A stretch of DNA of 64,000 bases. Origin: Dehalococcoidales bacterium. Its GTDB lineage: Bacteria > Chloroflexota > Dehalococcoidia > Dehalococcoidales > UBA5627. The notes beneath the pieces are model-generated. The model was not told the origin of the DNA and did no database searches. It saw only the letters and a program-made list of their open reading frames with translations. Below, in pieces: positions 56,683 through 64,000 of the stretch. Position 1 is the stretch's first letter, and each line of letters begins with the position of its first letter. A program made the position numbers and the translations under genes. The stretch is taken from NCBI GenBank assembly GCA_041656115.1, contig JBBAED010000002.1, forward strand, positions 82,403-146,402. Direction: 5' to 3'.

Positions 56683-57239
56683 TGGTCACCTCTAATTTCA
56701 TTCAGTTTTTTGATAATTAGGTCAAGGTCTTTTTTACCTTTGATTTTCCTGGCCGAAAGCGGCATGCGTCCATGCGACAGAAGTTTTAGTGCCACCGAAG
56801 TCATTCCCAAAGCGGCAAAAGGATTGGTTGAGAGGTAATACCCCAACATCATTCGAAACTCGCTTACCCTGCCATTGCTTTTGATCGACTTCACAAAGTT
56901 GTCGTACACAACCGGTGTTGTTGTGCCTTTTGGCTTGTACCCATGCTTCACCGCCAGCGATTCGAGTGCATGGAACAAACTTGTCGGCTCCACATCTCTG
57001 GGACAACGTACGGTGCAGAAATAGCAAGAAAGACAACGCCACATTGAACTGCTGGAAAGGACTTCGTCGCGCATATCGGCTTTCACCATAGCTATTACTT
57101 CCGAAGGGGTATATTCCCAGATCTCCGCACTCGGACAAGATGCAGTACACGTGCCGCATTGCATGCACATATACACACCCTCGCCGCCGGGAACCTGGCT
57201 AACCTCGCTTGCAAAATCTTTAGCTAGAGTTTTTTCCAT
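56679..57239 (-). CDS. hdrC: Heterodisulfide reductase subunit C
   Basis: 186 aa. CMQCGTCTASCP and CLSCYFCTVRCP ferredoxin motifs. Overlaps the hdrB start by 4 nt. Confidence 0.9.
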   Translation of the reverse strand: MEKTLAKDFASEVSQVPGGEGVYMCMQCGTCTASCPSAEIWEYTPSEVIAMVKADMRDEVLSSSSMWRCLSCYFCTVRCPRDVEPTSLFHALESLAVKHGYKPKGTTTPVVYDNFVKSIKSNGRVSEFRMMLGYYLSTNPFAALGMTSVALKLLSHGRMPLSARKIKGKKDLDLIIKKLNEIRGDQ

Positions 57240-57677
57240 TAAGCTCCCCCTGTTACAAATTATTATTGATTATTTTTAAGAAACTCTTTATTAAATCAAA
57301 TCTGTTATTTCACAGGACAACACAGCCAAAAAGCAGCGTCATGCTTCATAAATATCCATTAAGCGCAAATAGCGCAGGATATTATCAGAGGATATTACAA
57401 CAATATCTTTTCAGTGTCAAATTTAATACAAGCCTTGTAGGTAAAATAAGTACACAAGATTACAATTCAGTTATTTATACTTCGAATAACTCCATCCGTT
57501 AAAAAATACTTTTTACTTTGATTAGCAAAACTATCGGCACCGTTTTTAATAAATTGAAGCTTTGTGTAAAATAAATTATAAAAACCTGTATAATACTTTA
57601 TGGGTTAGAATTGAAGCAAAGAAAAACACCTGTTATAAAACTTCCTGTATACATATTATTGAAGGAGATGTTTACAA

Positions 57678-58253
57678 ATGGCTGTTAGTGCAAAAGAAAT
57701 CGAAGATTTTTATTATTTTATTGACAAAATTGCGGAATTCCACGGACACGTCTGCGTCGGTATCGCGATGGGTACCAAATCCGCCCTGGCAGCAATGCGC
57801 GTGCTGGGTTTTGACCCGTATGTCAAAAAGCACAAGGATTTGATTGTATATGTCGAAACCGACCGCTGTATGACCGATGCCGTACAAGGCGTTACCGGTT
57901 GCGGGCTTGGTAAAAGATCCCTTAAACATGTGGACTACGGCAAATTTGCCGCCACTTTCGTTAAGTTATCCACCGGTGAAGCCTATCGCGTAACAACCAC
58001 CAAAGATTTTGATAAAAACCTTTCGGTAGATGAAGTTCTTAAAATAGTATCTGAAACCCCGGATGAAGAAATGTTAAAACTGGAAAGAGTAAAAGTAGAT
58101 ATCCCCGAAAATGACCTGCCCGGAGCCGCAAAAGCAAGGGCGGTATGTACCAAGTGCGGAGAAAGGGTAATGGACGGCCGGGCAGTATTTGAAGATGATA
58201 AACCTTATTGCAAGGCCTGCCTCTACGGGGCTTATTATAAAACGCAAGAATAA
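57678..58253 (+). CDS. FmdE/FwdE family protein with C-terminal zinc ribbon
   Basis: 191 aa. AAGGAGA RBS. FHGHVCVGIAMG...ETDRCMTDAVQ core. C-terminal CTKCGE...CKAC. Confidence 0.8.
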   Translation: MAVSAKEIEDFYYFIDKIAEFHGHVCVGIAMGTKSALAAMRVLGFDPYVKKHKDLIVYVETDRCMTDAVQGVTGCGLGKRSLKHVDYGKFAATFVKLSTGEAYRVTTTKDFDKNLSVDEVLKIVSETPDEEMLKLERVKVDIPENDLPGAAKARAVCTKCGERVMDGRAVFEDDKPYCKACLYGAYYKTQE

Positions 58254-58322
58254 GATAATATATCAAACTGCCGGAAGGACACCAATAATACGATTTCAAA
58301 AACAAAAGGAGCCTTTTGTAAA

Positions 58323-59153
58323 ATGGATTATATCCACATAAAGGATATTGATTGGGACGGTCTTTGGCAAAAACAAGCCGGACATGTCATCAAGACAAGC
58401 GATGAAGCCGCTGCATTTTGGGACCGAAGGGCTCACTATTATGAAAAGAATGTCGGTCGCAATACTTATGTAGACGAGCTTTTAAAAAGAATGGAAATTC
58501 CCGCAAGTTGTTCCGTCCTGGATGTCGGCGGCGGCAGCGGTCTTCTGGCCGTACCCATTGCACAAAAAGCAAGGCTTGTAACCGTGCTGGATATTTCCAA
58601 CGGTATGCTCAGCCTTTTAAAAAACAAATTGGAAGAAGCAAAAATCTCAAATATAACCGTTATCAATAAAAATTGGTACGAGACAGATGTAAACTCGGAA
58701 ATTGACCCCCACGATATAGTACTGGCCTCACGTTTTCTGCCGATGGGCGATAAACTTGAAGCTTCATTGGAAAATATGAATACCGTTGCACTCAAACGAT
58801 GTTATGTAACATGGCGAGCCAACAGTTTTGACAAGGTTGAAGCGGAATCCGCGCGCCTGCTGGGCAAAGAATATAAACGTTACCCCGAATACCCGATTAT
58901 CTTGAACTGCCTTTATAAAATGGGGATTAAGGCAGGGGTGGAAATTTTTAAATCCGAATCTGAAATGTGTTTTGATAATTTAGATGATGCCCTCAGACAT
59001 TTTTCCAAAAACTCACCGATGTCTGATATAACCTCGACAGATTATAAAGATTTTGTAAGATCGCTCCTTGTCGAAAAAGACGGGAAATATTACCGATACT
59101 CTGCCACCGAATGGGCATTGATTTCATGGGAAGCCCGAAAAAGAGATGTTTAA
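58323..59153 (+). CDS. Class I SAM-dependent methyltransferase
   Basis: 276 aa. Motif I VLDVGGGSGLLAVPIA. Post-I LDIS. Confidence 0.8.
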   Translation: MDYIHIKDIDWDGLWQKQAGHVIKTSDEAAAFWDRRAHYYEKNVGRNTYVDELLKRMEIPASCSVLDVGGGSGLLAVPIAQKARLVTVLDISNGMLSLLKNKLEEAKISNITVINKNWYETDVNSEIDPHDIVLASRFLPMGDKLEASLENMNTVALKRCYVTWRANSFDKVEAESARLLGKEYKRYPEYPIILNCLYKMGIKAGVEIFKSESEMCFDNLDDALRHFSKNSPMSDITSTDYKDFVRSLLVEKDGKYYRYSATEWALISWEARKRDV

Positions 59154-59913
59154 ATTAATAGATACTCACGCACATATTGATGAAGTCGAAGATATTGATA
59201 ATGTTATTACTCAAGCCAAGAGCAATAACGTTGCAGCAATCGTTGCCCTTGGAATGTCTTTAACATCTAACCGAAGGGTTTTGGAGCTTGCCGCAAAATA
59301 CCCTGCCTATGTATACCCTGCCATGGGGCTGTTCCCTTCCAATATTGCCGATGCGGATTTTGCGGAAAACATGCGCTTTATACAAGATAATATCGGTGAA
59401 ACAATCGGTATCGGCGAAATCGGGTTGGATTACAGTAAAAGGGTTAAAGAAAAAGCCTCCAAAGAAACTCAAAAAAGTGTTTTTAAAGAACTTTTGGAAC
59501 TTGCCAAGCAGCATCACAAACCGGCGCTAATCCATTCGAGATATTCATGGCGCGACTGCCTTGAACTAACACAGGCAATCGGAATTAAAAAAGCGATCTT
59601 TCATTGGTACACCGGACCGTTAGATATTTTAGAAAAGATTATTGATTGCGGGTACTTTATTTCCGCAAGCCCCGCCGCCGAATACTTTGAGGAACATCGA
59701 AAAGCGATTCAAGCCGCCCCGTTGGAGAATATCGTCTTGGAAACCGATACCCCGGTAACTTATCGTTACGGAACCGAATTCGCATACGAATCCCGCCCGT
59801 CCGATATATTAAGAACGCTGAATGCCGTATCCGAAATTAAAAATATCGATAAGAATATCGTTGCCGAAACTGTTTTTAAAAATACCCAGAAAATATTCGA
59901 AATTTCCGTTTAA
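59146..59913 (+). CDS. tatD: TatD family metal-dependent hydrolase
   Basis: 255 aa. IDTHAHID, GEIGLDY, IHSR and ETDTP motifs. Overlaps the methyltransferase stop by 8 nt. Confidence 0.9.
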   Translation: MFKLIDTHAHIDEVEDIDNVITQAKSNNVAAIVALGMSLTSNRRVLELAAKYPAYVYPAMGLFPSNIADADFAENMRFIQDNIGETIGIGEIGLDYSKRVKEKASKETQKSVFKELLELAKQHHKPALIHSRYSWRDCLELTQAIGIKKAIFHWYTGPLDILEKIIDCGYFISASPAAEYFEEHRKAIQAAPLENIVLETDTPVTYRYGTEFAYESRPSDILRTLNAVSEIKNIDKNIVAETVFKNTQKIFEISV

Positions 59914-59939
59914 TACCCGCCCGCAACCCCTTTATTTTA

Positions 59940-59968
59940 TTGACTTTGATTTAACTACATAGTATACT
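59940..59968 (+). promoter_or_regulatory. Near-consensus sigma70-type promoter for the small-peptide gene
   Basis: TTGACT (59940-59945), a 17-nt spacer, then TATACT (59963-59968). It is followed by a 5' hairpin GGCAC-tcggatagc-GTGCC (59972-59990) and an AAGGAGG RBS (60008-60014) 6 nt before the ATG at 60021. Confidence 0.5.
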
Positions 59969-60020
59969 CTGGGCACTCGGATAGCGTGCCTATTCGGTCA
60001 TTTCAACAAGGAGGATTTCA

Positions 60021-60239
60021 ATGGAAACAAAATCGTTAAAAGCAATGGTTAAAGACATATTCGGCAGTGAAGCCGGCAAAAAAGAGTTTGCGGCAAACCC
60101 CGAAAGTGTAATGAGCAGATATAATTTAACCGGTCACGAAAAAACCGCTGTTTTGAACACTGCCTCCAGAGTCGGCTTGACGACTTCGACCTCCTCGGCA
60201 TTAGCCTTTGATATCGAAGCTGCGATACTTTGGGTTTAA
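60021..60239 (+). CDS. Small peptide: candidate precursor of a modified (prenylated?) signalling peptide, ComX-like by context
   Basis: 72 aa with strong promoter and RBS. Leader-like N-terminus (KKEFAANPESVMSRYNLTGHEKTAVL). Ser/Thr-rich linker. C-terminus ...FDIEAAILWV with its only Trp at residue 71. No signal peptide. Confidence 0.6.
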   Translation: METKSLKAMVKDIFGSEAGKKEFAANPESVMSRYNLTGHEKTAVLNTASRVGLTTSTSSALAFDIEAAILWV

Positions 60240-60267
60240 CTTAAAAAATATTTTTGATTGAACCAAC

Positions 60268-61215
60268 ATGGACAGCGGGTTACAGAATGAGCTCCTCCGC
60301 AAAGAGATAATCGGCTTTATTTCTTTGCTGCCTGAGAGTTTTCGCGACTATGTCAGTGAGCCTTTAAAGGTAGACAGGCGTGGATTGTCAAATTCGGAGG
60401 AATCTGTGGCTCCATGGGTTCTGTTGCCCCTGATTGCCTGTGAATCCGTCGGCGGTAACGGAAAACAAGCAATACCGCTTTGCGCCGCGCTGCAGTTTTT
60501 TATTGCCGCCGGCGATGTTTTTGACGATGTCGAGGATGACGATTCCCCTTTAGCGCTTTCCGTAAAGTACGGTACCGCAATAACCAATAATATCGCAACA
60601 ACTTTATTGGTGTTGGGAGAAAAAGCAATTGCAAGCCTTAAAATTAAAGGCGTTTCAGATTCTAAAACAATAAAAATCGCGGATACAGTTAACTCTTACT
60701 ATTTAACCGCTTGTTTCGGTCAGCATAAAGATTTATCTTGTTCGGGGAAAATCGATATAACCGAAGAAGAATACCTTGAAATCTTAAGCCAAAAATCGGC
60801 ATCTCAAATAGAATGCGCCTGCCATGCGGGGGTTCTGCTGGCAACCGAAAACACGGATTTACTTGACCCGTTAAAAGAATTCGGCTACAACTTGGGAATG
60901 ATGGCACAAATAACAAATGACATCAGCGGAATTATTTACCAAAAAGATATTCTAAACAGGGAAATAACTTTCCCCGTCATATTTGCCTTATCTCAAGCCG
61001 AAAGCCCGATTCGTGATGAACTGAAGAAATATTACCAAAACCAAACGGATAATAAGCTTACCGCGGAGCAAGTTTCAAAAATACTTTTCGATACCGGTGC
61101 CATGCACTATTCATTAATTATCAAGGAATCCTATCGAACGCTGGCTGCAAATGCCGTTGAAAAAGCGGAAAAATACGGTGCCGATCCAAAAAGGTTACGG
61201 GAGTTTTTAAAATGA
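60268..61215 (+). CDS. Polyprenyl-synthase-fold protein with degenerate second Asp-rich motif (candidate ComQ-like peptide prenyltransferase)
   Basis: 315 aa, all-helical. First Asp-rich motif DVFDDVEDDD, without the following RRG of elongating synthases. GQHKD (GQxxD). SQKSAS in place of KT motif. QITNDISG in place of FQxxDDxxD. Confidence 0.65.
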   Translation: MDSGLQNELLRKEIIGFISLLPESFRDYVSEPLKVDRRGLSNSEESVAPWVLLPLIACESVGGNGKQAIPLCAALQFFIAAGDVFDDVEDDDSPLALSVKYGTAITNNIATTLLVLGEKAIASLKIKGVSDSKTIKIADTVNSYYLTACFGQHKDLSCSGKIDITEEEYLEILSQKSASQIECACHAGVLLATENTDLLDPLKEFGYNLGMMAQITNDISGIIYQKDILNREITFPVIFALSQAESPIRDELKKYYQNQTDNKLTAEQVSKILFDTGAMHYSLIIKESYRTLAANAVEKAEKYGADPKRLREFLK

Positions 61216-64000
61216 GCTCAAAGCAACACCAGACCGGTAAATCTGTTTTTTTAAACTTGTTAAAAAACAAGCGGACTTTGGCCGTTGTTGCTTTGAGCTT
61301 GGTTGCTATAATCATCGGCTTAGCGCTCTTTTTTGTTAGTATTAACAAGCCTTATATCGGGGTTTCTTTGCATATAACCGAAGACGGTTGGGTTGTTCAG
61401 GATTTGTATTCAAGCAGCCTTGCCGAAGAAGCGGGGATAAAAATAGGTGATAAACCGATTGAGATTAACGGACAACCGGCAGATGTTTTTTTACAGGCAT
61501 TCGAAAAACAAAAACAATTTCTCGGAATCGGGCTAACCGATTTAGTTGTTGAAAACAGCGCAGGGCAAATAATCTCCGTAAGTGTCTATGACACGCCACC
61601 GCCGGTAAAATACATCTTGGAAAATATTCCCTTTCTGTTAATCTGCCTCGTCTTTTGGTTTGTAGGTTTTTATGTTTATATCAACAAACCCAAAAGCACA
61701 GTTTCCCTTCTCTTACTGCTAAGTTCGTTGGCATTCGGTTGGGCGGTAATCGGAAATGTAGCCGCAACGGCACAAATTACAGTTGCCATTCATATGGCTG
61801 TAATCGGAACCACCCTAGGCCCTTGGTTATTGTTCCACTTCCTTTTAGTTTTACCCGAAGAACGAAGCAAACTAAGGGATAATCATCGCCTTCTTTTAAT
61901 TTATATTCCGGCGATTCTGACATTGATTCTGTATCCTTTTATCGGCTTTGCCAACAATGAACCGACAATCCTGTTCCGTTCAATAAGATCAATAGAACTG
62001 TTCGCCGCTTTTCTGGCGATTATAATTGTATCTATTTACAACTATACCAGCGCCGTTTCGCCGAGAACACGCCAACAAATGAAGTTATTGTTATACTCCT
62101 GTATTGTTGCCGTTCTCCCGTTTTTGTTATTAAGTTTACTGCCGTTGGTGTTTACCAATGAAATCTTAATCCCCATCGGCTACACCGTTATTTTCACTGC
62201 GGCGATACCGATCGGCATCGGCTATTCCATAACAACACGCAAACTTTTGGATATCAGCGTATTTATTAACCGCCATGTCGTATACGGGCTTATTTCAATT
62301 ATTATCGCGCTTGTTTTTACCGGTTTTATCATCCCAATCCTGCTTTTTTTGCCAACGATGACAGTGGTTGAAGCCATTTTAATATCTTTGGTGTTGGGGT
62401 TTGTAGCCAGCGGGCTTTTCGGACCGCTAAAAATAACAATCACAGCAATAATAGATAAGTTTTTCTATAAAGATAAGTACGATTATTATAAAGTCCTCAG
62501 AGAATTAAGTTCATCCCTTAATGCAATCGCCGATATCAGTACCGGCTCTACGCTTATTATTAACGTCCTTGCCGAAAGAATTCGTCTTAACGGGGCTTGC
62601 CTGATTATTAAAAACAAAAGCGGAGAACACACTTTCGCCGCCTCAACCGGCGTGTTTAATAAAGAAAAACAACAAAAACAAATCTTGGAATTACTTTTAA
62701 ACAAAACCGCTCATATTATGTTCCCCGATTCGGCTGTCATGGTAAATCCGGAGATTGCGTTTTTGGTTCCGCTGGTTGCCGACAAAGAAGAAATCGGTTA
62801 TATCTGCTTATCCCCCAAAACTACCGAGCAGCGTTATACATCGGACGACCTGTTTTTAATCCAAGCGCTGGCGCCCGTTGCCGCGGTCTCTCTCAGAAGT
62901 TGGCTCTTAACGGCGGATTATATTGCCGAACAAAAGCAAACTCAGGCAAGGCTGTTACAGGAAGCGGAAACTTGGCAAACAACTTTCGATGCAATCCCGA
63001 TGCCGATATCTTTACAAAGCAACGATTTCAAAATACTGCGCGTCAATAAAGCCTTTTCCGAGCTTTTCGCGATAGCCCCACAGGACGTTATCGGCAAGCA
63101 TTGTTACGAAATTGTCCACGAAAGCAGTTTCCCGATTCCCAATTGCCCTCAAGCTAAAATGCTCAAAGATAGCCAAAAAACAACAATCGAAGTCTATCAT
63201 AACGATTTTGACGAGTATTTTGAGGTAACCGTATCGCCGATTAAGGACGCCGACGGCGTAATCGACGGCGCAGTCCATATCATGAGAAATATTACGCAAG
63301 TCAAAAAGGCGGAAGAAGAAAAACGAATCCTGCAAGAAAAAGCGGAAATTTCGGGGCGGCTGGCTTTGGTCGGAGAAATGGCAGCCGGTATTGCCCACGA
63401 AATCAATAACCCGCTCACCGGCGTTATCGGATTTTCGGATATGCTGCTTGAAAAAGATATGCCGCCCGATATGAAAGAGCACGTCAAAATTATCGCTGAA
63501 AGCAGTCACAGGGTAGCCGATATTATTAAACGGCTGTTAACCTTTTCGCGCCAACACAAACCGATGAAAACAGTTGCCAATATTAACAGTTTAATTGATA
63601 ACATATTACATATGCGCAGTTATGTCCTTAAAAGCGACAACATCAATGTCGTTACGGAGTACGACCAAACCCTGCCGCTGATTGAAATGGATCCCGGGCA
63701 AATACAGCAAGTCTTTTTAAATCTGATAATCAATGCCGAATATGCGGTTAAAAAAGCCGACAGACGCGGTGAGCTGGTCGTTAAAACCGCCAAATTGGAC
63801 AATAAAGTACGCATATCGCTCCAGGATAACGGCACCGGCATTTCAGAAGAAACCAAAAAACGTCTGTTCCAGCCGTTTTTTACCACCAAGCCGGTCGGCG
63901 AAGGCACCGGTTTAGGTTTAAGCCTCTCTCATTCAATAATAACCGAACACGGCGGAACCCTCTCTGTTGAGAGCGAACCGGGAGAAGGGGCAACGTTTAT
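61212..64000 (+). CDS. Polytopic sensor histidine kinase (TM-PDZ-multiTM-GAF-like-PAS-HisKA-HATPase); 3' end off-window; absent from ORF track
   Basis: Manual translation from the ATG at 61212 (ATGA overlap with the upstream stop): MSSKQHQTGKSVFLNLLKNKRTLAVVALSLVAIIIGLALFF... PDZ-like region (GVSLHITEDGWVVQDLYSSSLAEEAGIKIGDKPIEINGQ). About 9 hydrophobic helices up to about nt 62450. PAS (WQTTFDAIPMPISLQSNDFKILRVNKAF...). H-box AAGIAHEINNPLTG. N/G boxes (NLIINAEYA, DNGTGI, GTGLGLS). The frame is open to position 64000. Confidence 0.85.
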   Translation, partial: MSSKQHQTGKSVFLNLLKNKRTLAVVALSLVAIIIGLALFFVSINKPYIGVSLHITEDGWVVQDLYSSSLAEEAGIKIGDKPIEINGQPADVFLQAFEKQKQFLGIGLTDLVVENSAGQIISVSVYDTPPPVKYILENIPFLLICLVFWFVGFYVYINKPKSTVSLLLLLSSLAFGWAVIGNVAATAQITVAIHMAVIGTTLGPWLLFHFLLVLPEERSKLRDNHRLLLIYIPAILTLILYPFIGFANNEPTILFRSIRSIELFAAFLAIIIVSIYNYTSAVSPRTRQQMKLLLYSCIVAVLPFLLLSLLPLVFTNEILIPIGYTVIFTAAIPIGIGYSITTRKLLDISVFINRHVVYGLISIIIALVFTGFIIPILLFLPTMTVVEAILISLVLGFVASGLFGPLKITITAIIDKFFYKDKYDYYKVLRELSSSLNAIADISTGSTLIINVLAERIRLNGACLIIKNKSGEHTFAASTGVFNKEKQQKQILELLLNKTAHIMFPDSAVMVNPEIAFLVPLVADKEEIGYICLSPKTTEQRYTSDDLFLIQALAPVAAVSLRSWLLTADYIAEQKQTQARLLQEAETWQTTFDAIPMPISLQSNDFKILRVNKAFSELFAIAPQDVIGKHCYEIVHESSFPIPNCPQAKMLKDSQKTTIEVYHNDFDEYFEVTVSPIKDADGVIDGAVHIMRNITQVKKAEEEKRILQEKAEISGRLALVGEMAAGIAHEINNPLTGVIGFSDMLLEKDMPPDMKEHVKIIAESSHRVADIIKRLLTFSRQHKPMKTVANINSLIDNILHMRSYVLKSDNINVVTEYDQTLPLIEMDPGQIQQVFLNLIINAEYAVKKADRRGELVVKTAKLDNKVRISLQDNGTGISEETKKRLFQPFFTTKPVGEGTGLGLSLSHSIITEHGGTLSVESEPGEGATF

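Noticed and set aside
63012-63907. Minus-strand ORFs (165, 96 and 95 aa) near the 3' end of the window.
   Set aside because: All are antisense to the PAS / HisKA / HATPase region of the long plus-strand kinase, which is missing from the ORF track only because it has no stop inside the window.

Overview
This window looks like a chromosomal segment of a moderately AT-rich, probably anaerobic bacterium. Gene content and order resemble Dehalococcoidia-type Chloroflexota, but that lineage call is inference only. Most of the window is housekeeping.

Minus-strand housekeeping blocks:
- pepP-like / xerC / topA / dprA
- hflX, a class I aminotransferase and miaA
- the glycolytic block pgk-apgM-tpiA, followed by dxs
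- thrS-infC-rpmI-rplT

Other ordinary content: def, an HAD phosphatase, yggS, and six tRNAs (Glu-CTC, Pro-GGG, Gly-TCC, Met/Ile2-CAT, Arg-TCT, Leu-TAG).

Redox and energy modules:
- A fused EtfB-EtfA gene next to a fused FixC-FixX (ETF-QO) gene.
- A complete hdrC-hdrB-hdrA-mvhD-mvhG-mvhA-protease operon in which HdrA carries a GltD/NfnB-like NAD(P)H module.
- Next to that operon, a histidine kinase whose sensor is an [FeFe]-hydrogenase-like domain.

Accessory content:
- A two-gene type I restriction-modification (R-M) unit, HsdR plus a fused HsdM-HsdS, sitting between two terminators.
- A Pat-like ADP-forming acyl-CoA synthetase/GNAT fusion, plus a stand-alone paralog of its GNAT domain.
- A tail-anchored, Ala/Glu-rich repeat protein.
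- A lemA / htpX-like / zinc-ribbon cluster.

The most interesting locus is at the 3' end (59.9-64 kb). It holds a strongly promoted 72-aa peptide ending in ...AAILWV, then a polyprenyl-synthase-like protein with a degenerate second Asp motif, then a translationally coupled polytopic sensor kinase. I read this as a candidate ComX/ComQ/ComP-like prenylated-peptide signalling system outside its known Firmicute context.

Two CDSs that touch the window edges (1-760 minus, 61212-64000 plus) are missing from the ORF track; I recovered them by manual translation. I saw no CRISPR array, rRNA, transposase or phage genes.
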